A stretch of 64,000 bases of DNA from Holophagales bacterium (GTDB taxonomy: Bacteria > Acidobacteriota > Thermoanaerobaculia > Multivoradales > UBA5704). Every line of letters begins with the position of its first letter. Within the stretch, counting starts at the first letter, position 1. Shown in pieces: positions 9,047-21,886 of the stretch. The stretch lies in contig JANMTS010000065.1 in the NCBI GenBank assembly GCA_031390755.1, positions 3,205 through 67,204 of the forward strand, given 5' to 3'. Position numbers and translations under genes: made by a program. The notes below the pieces were generated by a model. The model searched no databases. It saw only the letters and a list, made by a program, of their open reading frames with translations, and was not told the origin of the DNA.

Positions 9047-11689
9047 CCGCGCGCTCTTCGGCGGCGTCGAGCAGGGTGCGCCAGGCCGGTGTACCGCGCA
9101 GGGAATCGAAAAAAGGAAGGGCGAACGAGCGCCGGTCGACGCCGCCGGAGACGGCACGCTCGGCGCTCGCCTGGGCGGACGCCCGATCGCCGATCAGCGC
9201 GTAGACCAGCGCCGCCTCGTAGGCGACCTGCGGGTCGTCGGGCGCGGCCGCGGTCGCCCGCTGGACCGCGGCCGCAGCTTCGGGCGCCCGGCCGAGATGG
9301 GCGAGCGCCTGGGCCTTGACCGAGAGGGTCTGCCAGAAGCCGGGGGCCGGATCCTGCTCCGCCAGCTCGACAACGCGAGCGTACAGGGCGGCGGCTTCGT
9401 GGCGGCGGCCCGCGAGGGTCAAGGCATCGGCGAGGTTGAGGGCGGCCGACGCGTTTTTGGGCGCCAGCGCATAGGCCTCTTCGAGGCTCGCGGCTGCGCC
9501 CTTCCAGTCGCCCAGGAGCATCTGGGCGAGGCCGAGGTTGGAGAGCTCGGTGAAGCCGCGTCGACGGAGGAGAAGCTCGGTGTAGAGCTCGGCGGCGCGG
9601 GCCGGGCTGCCCGATTGGAGCTCGAGCCGGGCCAGCAGCCTTTCGCCGCCGAGATAGCCGGGAAGCCGGCGCAGTAGATCCTCGAGCGTCGACCGGGCGG
9701 CGTCGACCTCGCCCTGGCGCAGCTCCATCTTGGCGAGATCCATCAGGAAGCTGGCCGCCGGACGCCGGTCAACCACCTCGCGCAGGAGCTCCAGCGCGCG
9801 CCGGCCTTCGTTTCGCGCTTCCGCCAGAACGGCACGCCGGTGGAGGGCTCGGATGTCGCCGGGCATCAGCCGGTCCAGCTCTCCGGCCGCCGCTTCAGCC
9901 TGATCCAGGCGGTCCGATTCCAGGGCGACCTCGAACAAAACTCCGTACAGCAGGGTATCCCCTGGGGCCAGGTTGCGGGCCTGCTCGATCAGGGCCAGGG
10001 ACCGCTCGAGGTCCACGGCTTCGCGCGTCTCGAAAAAGCGGCGGCCCGTCAAGCGGGCTTCCAGGAGGTAGGCGTCGACGAAGAGGGGCGAGCCGGCGCG
10101 GATCTCCGCCAGCTCGGCCATGAGCGGCGCCAGGTCGGCGGGCCTCTCCTCGATCCAGCGGCGCTGGAGCGCGACGAAGCGGGCATAGTCCTCCGCGCGG
10201 ACGCTCAACTCCCGGGTTCCGCGGCGGGGAGAAAATCCCGCGTAGGCAGCTTTCAGGTAGGTGTCGGGCGCGGTCGACAACGACCGCGGGTTGTCCGCCG
10301 GGATCTCGAAGCTCTGCACGTCGAGGAGCTGGCCGTCGGCCCCCCGCTGCCGGCGCAACGTCGCCAGACATTGCCTCGCGGCGCAGTCAAGGGTGGAGGT
10401 GACGACCTCGTCCGCGGCGTGGACCTGGGCCAGCCTCTGGGCGGTCGCGACCCCTTCGGTGGGGTCCGCAGGGAGAGCGACGACGCCTTCGAGGGAGGAG
10501 AGGGACCGCAGGAGAGCGCCATGGAGAGCGGCGGCGGCCAGGCGCTCGGGTCCGTCGTCCGCCGCCGCCGTACCGGCGCCGATCTCGGGCCGCGCCACCA
10601 CGACGTAGAGCGGCTCGCGCGCCGGCAGGCCGGGGCGGATCAGCAAGGCAGCGGCCGTGAGCGCGGCGAGCGCCAGCATGGCGGCGGCCACGGGCGCGAG
10701 CCGGAACGGGCGTCCAGCCGTGGTGTACGAACCGAGGGTCGGCTCGCGATCGGGGTCTGGTGCCGTCGATGCCGTCGATGCCGTCGACGCCGTCGACGGG
10801 CGGAGACCCGGCTGGGCTGCGGCGGCCTGCGGCAGTGTTCCCTCCGCCACCGACGCTTCGATCCGATGCAGGAAATCTGTCGCGCTCGCCGGCCGGCGGG
10901 CGGGGTCTTTCTCGAGGAGCGAGTCGATCAGCTCCGACAGCGCCGCGGGGACCGCCGGTTCGACCTCGTGGGCGGGCGGTTGCTGATAGGTACACACGCG
11001 CGTCATCGTGGCGACGGGCGTCGGTTGCTGGAACGGCGAGACCGCGGTCGCCGCCTCGTAGAGCAGGGTGCCCAGGGAGAAGAGGTCGGCCCGCGGGTCG
11101 AGCTCGAGGCCGTTGGCCTGCTCCGGCGACATGGCCCGGTAGGTGCCGACGATGCCGGCGGTCAGCCCGAGGGTCTCTCCGGTGCCGGGAGCTTCCGGGA
11201 GGTAGAGCTTGGCGAGGCCGAAGTCCAGAACCTTGGCGCTGCCGCCGGTCAGAAGGACGTTCTCCGCCTTGAGATCGCGATGGAGCAGGCCCTGCTCGTG
11301 CGCGGCGGCAAGCGCGCCCGAGACGTCCCTGGCGAGCGCGACGACCTCGGCCGGAGGCAGGGGGCCGTGGCGCAGCCGCTCGGCGAGCGTCGGCCCGTCG
11401 ACATACTGCATGACGATCCAGTCGCCGTCCCCGGTTTCCAGGAGGTCGTAGATCTGGACGATCGCGGCATGGTCGAGGCGGGCGATCGACCGGGCTTCGC
11501 GGCGGACGCGCTCGCGCCGGCGGCTGTCGCCCGCCACCTCCGGCAGAAGGTGTTTCAAGGCCACCCGGCGGCGCAGCCGTTCGTCCCACGCGGCGTAGAC
11601 GATCCCCATGCCGCCCTGGCCGAGCCGGCGTTCGAGGCGATAGGGACCGATCCGGTCGGGCATCGTCGGCTGGGAGCTGGTCATCGGCC

Positions 11690-11693
<4 letters not shown>
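9015..11693 (-). CDS. membrane Ser/Thr protein kinase with C-terminal TPR domain
   Basis: LGQGGMG, VALK, HRDLKAEN, DFG, MSPEQ; one TM helix; TPR-like repeats. Confidence 0.92.
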
Positions 11694-13321
<1,628 letters not shown>

Positions 13322-13546
13322 GATGAGAGGTCATTCTACGCCCGCGCCGGGTGCCGGGCGACATGGAGTCCCTGGGCGTGACGCCGTGCCGCACGCCGGG
13401 AATCGGCCAGCGGCGCCCCGATTGGCTAATATAATCCGGTGCCGCCAGGGCAGGTCGCCGAGTTGCACGATCCAAATCTCATGGTTCTCGGCAACGAGCG
13501 GGTCACAATCAGCAGCCCCGTTTACTCGGCGACCACATTCTCTTTT

Positions 13547-13764
13547 GCCCCGAAGGGGCCTTGGGATAAAGCCTGGCATTTCAATGCCAGGTAGTTCCCC
13601 GATTTCACCCCTCAAGTCCCGAAGGGACGCAGGGATCACAGCCCCCTGCCACCGGTCGCCAAGGCCTCCTCCGTCCCGGCGTCCCTTCGGGACTTGAGGG
13701 GGGCGTTGACGTCATGTTTCCTGGCAATCAATTGCCAGGCTCTATTCCGGCGCCCCTTCGGGGC
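13547..13764. repeat. nested inverted-repeat REP/MITE-like element
   Basis: GCCCCGAAGGGGC..CCTGGCATTTCAATGCCAGG..CCCCTCAAGTCCCGAAGGGACGC mirrored by GCGTCCCTTCGGGACTTGAGGGG..CCTGGCAATCAATTGCCAGG..GCCCCTTCGGGGC. Confidence 0.75.
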
Positions 13765-14468
13765 TCCTTGCCGCCAGTCGGCGCCGTCTCCACCTTCCCC
13801 CGGTGCTGGAGCCACCGGGCGAACAGCCAGCAGGCCAGCGCCCAGACGCCGCCCGCGGTCCAGCCGGCCAGGACGTCGGTGGGCCAGTGGACTCCCAGGT
13901 AGACGCGGCTGATTCCGACCATCAGGGTGAGCAGGGCGGCGACGGCGAGGAGGAAGACCTTGACGCGGCGCCTCGACTGCATCCGGGCCAGCAGGGCTCC
14001 CAGGGTCAGGTAGGTCGCCGCGGACATCATGGAATGGCCGCTGGGGAAGCTGGACGTATAGACGTAGGAGCCGTGGGGGACCAGATCCGGCCGCGGGCGC
14101 TGGAAGCCGTGTTTCAGGAGGGTGCTTCCGACGAAGGCGCCTCCCACGGCGAGCAGCACGAGCACGGCCGCGCGTCTCTTGCCGTCGAGCCAGAGGTAAG
14201 CGCTCACCGCCGCGGTGAGGAGCGCCAGGACCCCGACTCCTCCCAGGGCGGTGAAGTCGCGCTCCGTCTCCTCCAGCCAGCGCGGCCCCAGGGGGTCCGA
14301 TCGGTCCTGCGGGTTGCGCAGCGCGAGGAGGATCGCCTCGTCGATCCGGCGCGTCTCGCCCTCCCGGACCTCGTCGGCGAGCTCGGCGAAGAGCCAGATC
14401 CCCCCGGCGACCAGAATGAGCGTGAGGACCGGCACCAGCTCGATCCTGAAAAACGGTGGTTTTTTCAT
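13728..14468 (-). CDS. PAP2 family membrane phosphatase
   Basis: K..FQRPRP, SFPSGH, SRVYLGVHWPTDVLAG. Confidence 0.93.
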   Translation of the reverse strand: MKKPPFFRIELVPVLTLILVAGGIWLFAELADEVREGETRRIDEAILLALRNPQDRSDPLGPRWLEETERDFTALGGVGVLALLTAAVSAYLWLDGKRRAAVLVLLAVGGAFVGSTLLKHGFQRPRPDLVPHGSYVYTSSFPSGHSMMSAATYLTLGALLARMQSRRRVKVFLLAVAALLTLMVGISRVYLGVHWPTDVLAGWTAGGVWALACWLFARWLQHRGKVETAPTGGKEPRRGAGIEPGN

Positions 14469-14532
14469 CCTCGTCCTCCCTGGCAGCCTGCGCGGCAGGA
14501 GCGCATGACGCCGAACGCGCCACGTTGATGAC

Positions 14533-14593
14533 TGTAGGGGCAGGCCTTGTGCCTGCCCTCAGCGGTAGGGCAACCACAAGGGTTGCCCCTACA
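14533..14593. repeat. GTAG-type REP doublet
   Basis: TGTAGGGGCAGGCCTTGTGCCTGCCC...GGGCAACCACAAGGGTTGCCCCTACA; related half element at ~25010-25038. Confidence 0.7.
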
Positions 14594-14680
14594 GCGTTCT
14601 GCCCTGGCAGATCCCGGACCGGGAGCATGACACGCCCTCGGATATGCCGTCTCTGGCAGACTGATATACTCCATAAGGCC

Positions 14681-16051
14681 ATGGCCGCTCTTACGACTCC
14701 TCCCCGCCGCCGGATGGCGGTTCTCGCCGCGCCGATCCTCGTTCTCGCCTGCCTGACGCCGCTCTTCGGTTTTGCCGCGCCCGCGAAACCCGCGCAGCCC
14801 CCGCAGCCCCGGCAGGACGCCGAGCGTCTCGTGATGCGGGCGCGTGTCAAGTCGATCATCCATCCGATCTCCTCCGAGATGATCGTCGACGCCGTGCGCG
14901 CGGCCGACGCCGCGGGCGCCGCGGCGCTCGTGATCGAGTTGGACACCGCCGGCGGCCTGATGACCTCGACGCGGGACATCACCACCGCCATCCTCGGCGC
15001 GCGGACGCCCGTCGTGGTCTACGTCGCGCCGAGCGGCGCGCAGGCCGCCTCCGCCGGCTTCTTCATCCTGATGTCGGCCGACATCGCGGCCATGGCGCCG
15101 GGCACGAACAGCGGCGCGGCCCACCCGGTGGGCTCGGGCGGCGAGGACATCGACGGCACGATGGGCAAGAAGGTGGAGGAGGACGCCTCGGCGAACATCC
15201 GCTCCATGGCGAAGCGCAACGGCCGCAATGTCGAGCTGGCGCAGGCGGCGGTGCTCCAGAGCCGCTCGTTCACCGCCGACGAGGCGCTCGAAGGCAAGCT
15301 CCTCGACCTGATCGCCCCCGACTTCGACAAGCTGCTGGTGGCCCTCGACGGCCGGACGGTCAAGCGCGGGGAGGGCGTCGTGACGCTGCGCACGCGCGGC
15401 GCGAAGGTGGAGGAGATCGAGCTGTCGCCGCTGCGCAAGATCCTGGCCGTGATCGCCCAGCCGGACATCGCGATGATCCTGCTCACGCTGGGCGGCCTCG
15501 GCCTCTACTTCGAGTTCATGAACCCGGGCGCGATCGCGCCCGGCGTGATCGGCGGGATCTGCCTGATCCTGGGCTTCTTCGCCCTTTCGGTGCTGCCCGT
15601 CGACTTCGCCGGCCTGGCGCTGCTGGCGCTCGCCATGATCCTGTTCATCGCGGAGATCAAGATCGTCAGCCACGGCGTGCTGGCGATCGGCGGCACGGTC
15701 GCCATGGTGCTCGGCGCCCTGATGCTCTTCAAGACGCCGGAGCCGGCGCTACGCGTCAGCCTGGAGGTGATCGTGAGCCTGGCAATCTTCTCTCTGGCGG
15801 TGGTGGCGTTCCTGACGTTCATGGTGTTGCGGGCGCGGCAGGCGCCGGTCCGCACGGGCATGGAAGGGCTGGTGGGCGAGATCGGCACGGCCCGCTCCGG
15901 GCTCTCTCCGCGCGGCAAGGTCTTCGTGCATGGAGAGATCTGGGACGCGGTCTCCGACGAGCCCGTGGCCGCGGGCGAGCCGGTCGAGGTGGCCGCCGTC
16001 CGCAATCTGACCCTGGCGGTGCGCCCGCATCGCCGGCAACCGTCGGTCTGA
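14681..16051 (+). CDS. nfeD: NfeD family membrane-bound serine protease
   Basis: LDTAGG, AASAG, GAAHPV, TM region, C-terminal GKVFVHGEIW; next to a slipin gene; start uncertain. Confidence 0.9.
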   Translation: MAALTTPPRRRMAVLAAPILVLACLTPLFGFAAPAKPAQPPQPRQDAERLVMRARVKSIIHPISSEMIVDAVRAADAAGAAALVIELDTAGGLMTSTRDITTAILGARTPVVVYVAPSGAQAASAGFFILMSADIAAMAPGTNSGAAHPVGSGGEDIDGTMGKKVEEDASANIRSMAKRNGRNVELAQAAVLQSRSFTADEALEGKLLDLIAPDFDKLLVALDGRTVKRGEGVVTLRTRGAKVEEIELSPLRKILAVIAQPDIAMILLTLGGLGLYFEFMNPGAIAPGVIGGICLILGFFALSVLPVDFAGLALLALAMILFIAEIKIVSHGVLAIGGTVAMVLGALMLFKTPEPALRVSLEVIVSLAIFSLAVVAFLTFMVLRARQAPVRTGMEGLVGEIGTARSGLSPRGKVFVHGEIWDAVSDEPVAAGEPVEVAAVRNLTLAVRPHRRQPSV

Positions 16052-16072
16052 GTTGGTACGAAAGGAATCGCA

Positions 16073-16840
16073 ATGGAAGGAAGCCTGTTCTTCGGAATCG
16101 GTCTGGTCGTCGTCCTCGGGCTGTTCCTGTTCTCACGCTGGGTCAACGTCCTCAACGAATACGAGCGCGCCGTCACCTTCTGGCTCGGCCGCCTGGGGCA
16201 GACGCCCAAGGGACCGGGCCTCGTCCTAATCTTCTGGCCCTTCGAGAAGATGATCAAGGTGTCGCTGCGGACCGTGGTGCTGGACGTGCCGCCGCAGGAC
16301 ATCATCACGCGGGACAACGTGTCCGTGAAGGTCAACGCGGTGGTCTACTTCCGCGTCGTCGATCCGGGCCGGGCGATCGTGGAAGTGGAGAACTACCTCT
16401 ACGCCACCAGCCAGCTCGCCCAGACCACCCTGCGCTCGGTCCTGGGCCAGGCGGACATGGACGAGCTGCTCTCCGAGCGCGAGAAGCTCAACGACCAGCT
16501 CCAGGCGATCATCGACCGCCAGACCGATCCCTGGGGCATCAAGGTTTCCATGGTCGAGCTCAAGCACGTCGACCTGCCGACCGAGATGCAGCGGGCCATG
16601 GCGCGCCAGGCTGAGGCCGAGCGGGAAAAACGCGCTAAGATCATTCACGCGGCGGGTGAGCTGGAAGCCTCGGTCAAGCTGGCCGAAGCGGCCGAGATCA
16701 TCGGCAAGCACCCGGTGACGCTGCAGCTGCGCTACCTGCAGACGCTCACCGAAATCTCGGCGGAGAAGAACTCGACGATCCTGTTCCCCTTGCCGATCGA
16801 CTTGATCAAGGCCTTCCTCGACCGCAAGGATAGCCAGTGA
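16073..16840 (+). CDS. slipin/stomatin (SPFH) family protein
   Basis: [46 protein letters not shown]. Confidence 0.95.
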   Translation: MEGSLFFGIGLVVVLGLFLFSRWVNVLNEYERAVTFWLGRLGQTPKGPGLVLIFWPFEKMIKVSLRTVVLDVPPQDIITRDNVSVKVNAVVYFRVVDPGRAIVEVENYLYATSQLAQTTLRSVLGQADMDELLSEREKLNDQLQAIIDRQTDPWGIKVSMVELKHVDLPTEMQRAMARQAEAEREKRAKIIHAAGELEASVKLAEAAEIIGKHPVTLQLRYLQTLTEISAEKNSTILFPLPIDLIKAFLDRKDSQ

Positions 16841-16856
16841 CGGAGCGCCTCACCAC

Positions 16857-17612
16857 GTGACGAATTCCCACGAGCCCAGCTATTACGAGATCGCGCTGAC
16901 CAACCGGCAGGTGGTCGTCGCCTTCGTGATCCTGTTGATCTGCCTGGTGTCCGCGTTCTTCTCCGGCCTGTGGATCGGCCGGGAGAGCGCGGCCCGGGCG
17001 CAGAGCCAGATGGCGCGCAACGCTCCTCCGGAGTCGGTCCAGCCCGAGGAGGGCCAGGCCCTGGAGGAGTTCCGCTTCTTCGAGGACGACCAGACCCCGG
17101 CCGGCGCCGGGTCCGCGAGAGACGCCGCGGCGCAGGACGCCGATCCGGTGGAGACGCCCCGGACGGACACGACGCTGGTCGAGGACTTCGGCGGCTCCGA
17201 CTCGGAACAGGGAGCCGGCGACGCGAAAGACGTGGAGCCGGCCGACCGAGACATCGTCGAGGCGACGCCCCGGCCCGTGCCCACCCCCTCGCCGACGCCG
17301 ACACCCGCGACGCCCCGGCCGACCCCCGCTCCGACTCCGGCGCGGCCCCGGGCCGCGGCTCCGGCAGAGCCCCGGCTCGCGGCTGGCCAGGTCGTCATCC
17401 AGGTCTTCTCCACGGCCGACCTCCCCCAGGCGGAGAGCGTGCAGGGCCGGCTGAGCAAGGGCGGCCACAAGGCCTATCTCTCGCCCGTGCAGGTGGGCGG
17501 ACGCACCATGTACCGCGTGCGCATCGGACCGTTCGACTCCCGCGACAAGGCGCAGACGGTCGCCGAGCAGGTTCGGAAAGGCTACAAGCTCGACACCTGG
17601 GTCACCGAGTGA
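16857..17612 (+). CDS. SPOR domain protein (DedD/FtsN-like)
   Basis: N-terminal TM helix, Pro/Thr linker, C-terminal YRVRIGPF. Confidence 0.88.
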   Translation: MTNSHEPSYYEIALTNRQVVVAFVILLICLVSAFFSGLWIGRESAARAQSQMARNAPPESVQPEEGQALEEFRFFEDDQTPAGAGSARDAAAQDADPVETPRTDTTLVEDFGGSDSEQGAGDAKDVEPADRDIVEATPRPVPTPSPTPTPATPRPTPAPTPARPRAAAPAEPRLAAGQVVIQVFSTADLPQAESVQGRLSKGGHKAYLSPVQVGGRTMYRVRIGPFDSRDKAQTVAEQVRKGYKLDTWVTE

Positions 17613-19147
17613 AGTGGGTGAAATGGGGGCTCGCGGCGGGCGCCGGCATCCTGTGGGCGCTCCAGTTCGGCCGTGAGCCCGGCATCATCGCGCCCTGGAT
17701 CGCTCTCGCGCCGCTCCTCTTCCTGTTCTCCAGGACCCAGGCCTCCGGACGCCTCGCCTTCGTGGCCGGCTTCGCGGCCTGGATGACCGGCCTCTCCTGG
17801 GTCGTCCCCACGCTCATCACCTTCGGCGGCATGTCCAGGCTGGTCGCCATTCTCCTGGCCGGTCTCCTGGCCGCGTATCTCGCGAGCTTCGACGCGGTCT
17901 TCGGCTGGCTCGGCGGCAAGGCCTGGCGGCGCTGGCCCTGGCTGCGCCTGCTGGTGGTGCCGTCGCTCTGGGTCGCGCTCGAATGGCTGCGGACGTATCT
18001 CTTCGGCGGATTCCCCTGGAACCTCGCCGCGTACGCCTGGGTCGACGTGCCCGGCGCCCTGCCGCTGTCGGCCTGGGTGGGGCCGTACGGCATCTCGTTC
18101 CTGGTGGTGCTGGCGAACGCCGGCGTGGCCGCGACTGTGGAACAGTACCGCAGCCCGCGCCGCTGGATGCCGCTGGCCGTGGCCTGGACGGTGCCGCTCC
18201 TTCTCCTCCCCCTGGCCGGCCGCTGGAGCTTCCGCCAGAGCCTGGAGGATGTCCACGACGCCGTCCAGTCCGGCGAGCCCGGCCGCCCGGTGCGCCTGAT
18301 CCAGCCCAACATCCCGAACCTGATGGGGTACGACCCGGTCGTCGTCCTTCAGGGCTACAACCGGCTGCTCGACGCCTCGGTCAAGGCCTGCCGGCCGGGC
18401 GCGCTGGTGGTCTGGCCCGAGAGCGCGGCCTGGCCGTTCCTCTTCGTGCAGAACGAGCAGCTCCAGGCCGACCTGCAGCACCTGTCGAGCCTGGGATGCA
18501 CGGTGCTGTTCAACTCCAGCCATCCGGTCGAGGGGAGCTTCTACAACTCGGCGTACCTGCTGACGCCCGAGGGCACGCTCCACCGCTACGACAAGCGGCA
18601 TCTGGTGCCGTTCGGGGAATACGTCCCCTTCCGCGGCCTCTTCTCCTGGATGGACAAGCTGGCCCGCAACGCCGGGGAGTTCCGCCCGGCGGACCGCCTG
18701 GAGATCCTGCCCTGGGACGGGGAGAAGATCGGCATGGCCATCTGTTACGAGGTGGTCTACCCGGACGAGGTGGCCGAGTTGACGAAGCAGGGCGCCACGA
18801 TCCTCGTCACGGTCACGAACGACGCCTGGTACGGCGACACCTGGGCGCCCTGGCAGCACTACCGGGCAGCCCGCTTCCGCGCCGCCGAGAACCGCCGGCC
18901 GCTGCTGCGGGCGGCGATCACGGGCGTGTCCGCGGTCATCGGGCCGGACGGCTCGGTCTGGTCGCAGCTCGGGGTGTTCAAGGAGGGAACGCTCTCGGCG
19001 AGCGTCCTGGGCCGCAAGGGGCTCACCCCCTACGCCCGGCTGCCGTGGCTGTTCCCGTTCCTGGCCTCGCTCGTCTCGGCAGCCTCCCTGGTTGCGCTAT
19101 ATTTTCGTTCCAAGACGGTTGGTTCCAAGAAGGAGACCCGGTCATGA
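17609..19147 (+). CDS. lnt: apolipoprotein N-acyltransferase
   Basis: FGGFPW, VWPE, YDKRHLVPFGEY, ICYE, TNDAWYG; GTG start overlapping the upstream stop. Confidence 0.95.
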   Translation: MKWVKWGLAAGAGILWALQFGREPGIIAPWIALAPLLFLFSRTQASGRLAFVAGFAAWMTGLSWVVPTLITFGGMSRLVAILLAGLLAAYLASFDAVFGWLGGKAWRRWPWLRLLVVPSLWVALEWLRTYLFGGFPWNLAAYAWVDVPGALPLSAWVGPYGISFLVVLANAGVAATVEQYRSPRRWMPLAVAWTVPLLLLPLAGRWSFRQSLEDVHDAVQSGEPGRPVRLIQPNIPNLMGYDPVVVLQGYNRLLDASVKACRPGALVVWPESAAWPFLFVQNEQLQADLQHLSSLGCTVLFNSSHPVEGSFYNSAYLLTPEGTLHRYDKRHLVPFGEYVPFRGLFSWMDKLARNAGEFRPADRLEILPWDGEKIGMAICYEVVYPDEVAELTKQGATILVTVTNDAWYGDTWAPWQHYRAARFRAAENRRPLLRAAITGVSAVIGPDGSVWSQLGVFKEGTLSASVLGRKGLTPYARLPWLFPFLASLVSAASLVALYFRSKTVGSKKETRS

Positions 19148-20263
19148 TCGCTTCCGACGCCCAGACGCGTATCGATAGCCTCGCAGAGCAACTCACCAAC
19201 CTCCGGGGGTATCTTTGAGGACACCGGCTTAGAAAAAGAGCTGTGGGACATCGACCGGCAGATGCAGGAGCCGGGCTTCTGGGACGACCCCACCCGTAAC
19301 GCTTCCCTGATGAAACAGCGCCGCGGTCTCGAGAAGCGCCTCGAAACCCTGAAGGCGCTGCGCTCCGACGCCGACGAGCTGGCCACCTGGCGCGAGCTGC
19401 TCGACGAGAGCGAGGTCGACGAGGAGATGGTCCGCTTCCTCGACCGGTTGAAGGTCGACCTGGACCGCCTGGAGCTGGAGCTCAAGCTCTCCGGTCCGGA
19501 CGACGACAAGTACGCCATCCTGGCCATCCACCCCGGAGCCGGCGGCACCGAGTCGCAGGACTGGGCCGAGATGATCCTGCGCATGTATCTGCGCTGGGGC
19601 GAGCAGCACGGCTTCCAGGTGGAGCTGATGGAGCGCCAGGACGGCGACGAGGCCGGGATCAAGAGCGCCACGGTCGCGGTGCGCGGCGAGAACGCCTACG
19701 GTTACCTCAAGAGCGAGGCCGGCGTGCATCGCCTGGTGCGGATCAGCCCCTACGACTTCCAGGGCCGGCGCCACACCTCGTTCGCCTCGGTGGACGTCTT
19801 CCCGGAGGTGGACGACGACATCGCGATCGAGGTGGCGGACAAGGATCTCCGGATCGACACCTACCGCTCGTCGGGCGCCGGCGGTCAGCACGTCAACAAG
19901 ACCGAGTCGGCGGTTCGCATCACGCACATGCCCAGCGGCATCGTGGTGGCCTGCCAGAACGAGCGCAGCCAGATCAAGAACCGGGCGATGGCGATGAAGG
20001 TTCTCCGGTCGCGCCTCTACGACCGCGAGGTCCAGCGGCGCCAGAAGGAGCAGGACGAGCGCGAGGGGTTGAAGATGGACAACTCCTGGGGCAGCCAGAT
20101 CCGGAGCTACGTCCTCCATCCGTACCGCATGGTGAAGGACCACCGCACCGGCGCCGAGGTGGGCGACGCGAACCGCGTCCTGGACGGCGGCGTCGATCCG
20201 TTCATCGAGGCCTTCCTCAGGGGGCAGATGGCGGTGCCGGGGAAAGATGACCTGGCGCTGTAG
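19144..20263 (+). CDS. prfB: peptide chain release factor 2, programmed +1 frameshift at 19213-19219
   Basis: 24-codon ORF ending GGGGG TAT CTT TGA; +1 frame contains GAGGTESQDW, SPY, GGQ. Confidence 0.96.
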
Positions 20264-20272
20264 GGGCCGGGG

Positions 20273-21886
20273 GTGAGGGTCCGCCTCGACTACGTCTCCC
20301 CGCTGCCGCCGGTCCGGTCGGGGATCGCCGACTACAGCGTCGACCTCCTGCCGTTCCTGGCCGAGCGCGCCGATGTCCGGCTGATCCGCCTGCCGGGTCA
20401 GCCGGTGGCTCCCGAGGTCGAGTCGGCGTGGCCGATGGCTCCGGCGGAGGCGACCGGGACGGACAATCGTCTGCCTCTCTACCAGATGGGCAACAACCGC
20501 TACCACGAGGGGGTGCGGGATCTGGCGCTCCGCATCCCCGGTGTGCTCACCCTGCACGATGTGGTGCTGCATCACCTGCTTCTCGACGTCACCCTCGGGC
20601 GCGGCGACTTCTATCCTTATAAGGATCTGCTCACCCGGGACCACGGCTGGGTCGGCACGGCCGCGGCCCTCGCCAAGCGCTGGAACGCCTACGGCTCCGC
20701 GCCGGTGTTCTCGCTGCCGGCGCACCGCGGTCTGCTGCGGCGCCAGCGGGGCGTGCTCGTCCACAGCGAATGGGCTGCGGACGTGATCCGCGAGGAAGAC
20801 CCGGAGATCCGCGTGCGGGCGATCCCCATGGGGATTCCGCTGCCTCCGGCCGTCGACGAAGAGGCCGGCCGCCGGCTCCGCGTCCGGTTCGGCCTTCCCG
20901 TGGACAAGCCGGTGCTCGGCTCGTTCGGATTCCAGACTCCTATCAAGAGGACGTCCGTAGCTGTTCAGGCGCTGGCCTGTTCCGGGCTCGAAGACGCCCA
21001 CCTGCTGGTCGTGGGGGAGTCCTCGACGGGGCTGGACCTGATGGACGAGGCCCGCCGGATCGGTGTGGGAGACCGGGTCCACGTGCTCGGCTTCGTCACC
21101 TTCGAAGAGCTGGAAGCTTCGATCGCGGCGGTCGACCTCTGCCTCAACCTCCGGTATCCGACGGCGGGGGAGACCTCGGCGTCGCTGCTGCGGGTGCTGG
21201 CCGGCGGCCGGCCGGCCGTGGTCTCCGACTACGCCCAGTTCGCCGACCTGCCGCGCGAGGTCGTGGTGCGCGTCCCGCTCTCCGGCGAGGAAGAGCCGGC
21301 GGAGCTGGCCGGCATGGTCCGCGCGCTGCTCGCCGAGCCCGGACGCCTGAAGGCCATGGGCGAGGCGGCGCGGGAGCACGTCCGGCTGCGCCATGCTCCG
21401 GCGCTCTCCGCGAGCGCCGTCGTCGATGCCTGCGAGGAGTGGCTCGAGCTGCCTCCGCCCGGCGATCTTCCGGCCGCCGGGCCGGACGTGCCGCCGCCCA
21501 GCAGCCTGGCCTGGGGACGGCTCGACGGCGAGGTGACGGTGGAAGGCGCCGAGATGCCCTGGCCGGAAGGGGAGCGGCGGCGACTCCGCATCCGCCTGCG
21601 CAACTCCGGCTTCGCCCGCTGGATCGCCGGAGACCGCGGTCCTGGCGGCGTGGCCTTGGTCCTCAAGATGTTCACGGCCGAAGATGCGGACGGACTGACC
21701 GCGGATCTGCTCGCGGACCGGCCCTGGCTGCCGCTGCCGCGCGACCTGGCTCCGGGCGAGGAGGCGTGGATCGAGACCGAGCTCCGCCGGCCGCCGGGCT
21801 TCGCGCACCTGTGGATCGAGCCGCACCTGTTTGGAGGCTTCGGGCTGTCCAAGCTCGGCGGGCCGCGATGGGAGATGCGCCTTTGA
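20273..21886 (+). CDS. GT4 family glycosyltransferase with C-terminal extension
   Basis: SPLPPVRSGIADYS, NLRYPTAGETSA. Confidence 0.88.
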   Translation: MRVRLDYVSPLPPVRSGIADYSVDLLPFLAERADVRLIRLPGQPVAPEVESAWPMAPAEATGTDNRLPLYQMGNNRYHEGVRDLALRIPGVLTLHDVVLHHLLLDVTLGRGDFYPYKDLLTRDHGWVGTAAALAKRWNAYGSAPVFSLPAHRGLLRRQRGVLVHSEWAADVIREEDPEIRVRAIPMGIPLPPAVDEEAGRRLRVRFGLPVDKPVLGSFGFQTPIKRTSVAVQALACSGLEDAHLLVVGESSTGLDLMDEARRIGVGDRVHVLGFVTFEELEASIAAVDLCLNLRYPTAGETSASLLRVLAGGRPAVVSDYAQFADLPREVVVRVPLSGEEEPAELAGMVRALLAEPGRLKAMGEAAREHVRLRHAPALSASAVVDACEEWLELPPPGDLPAAGPDVPPPSSLAWGRLDGEVTVEGAEMPWPEGERRRLRIRLRNSGFARWIAGDRGPGGVALVLKMFTAEDADGLTADLLADRPWLPLPRDLAPGEEAWIETELRRPPGFAHLWIEPHLFGGFGLSKLGGPRWEMRL

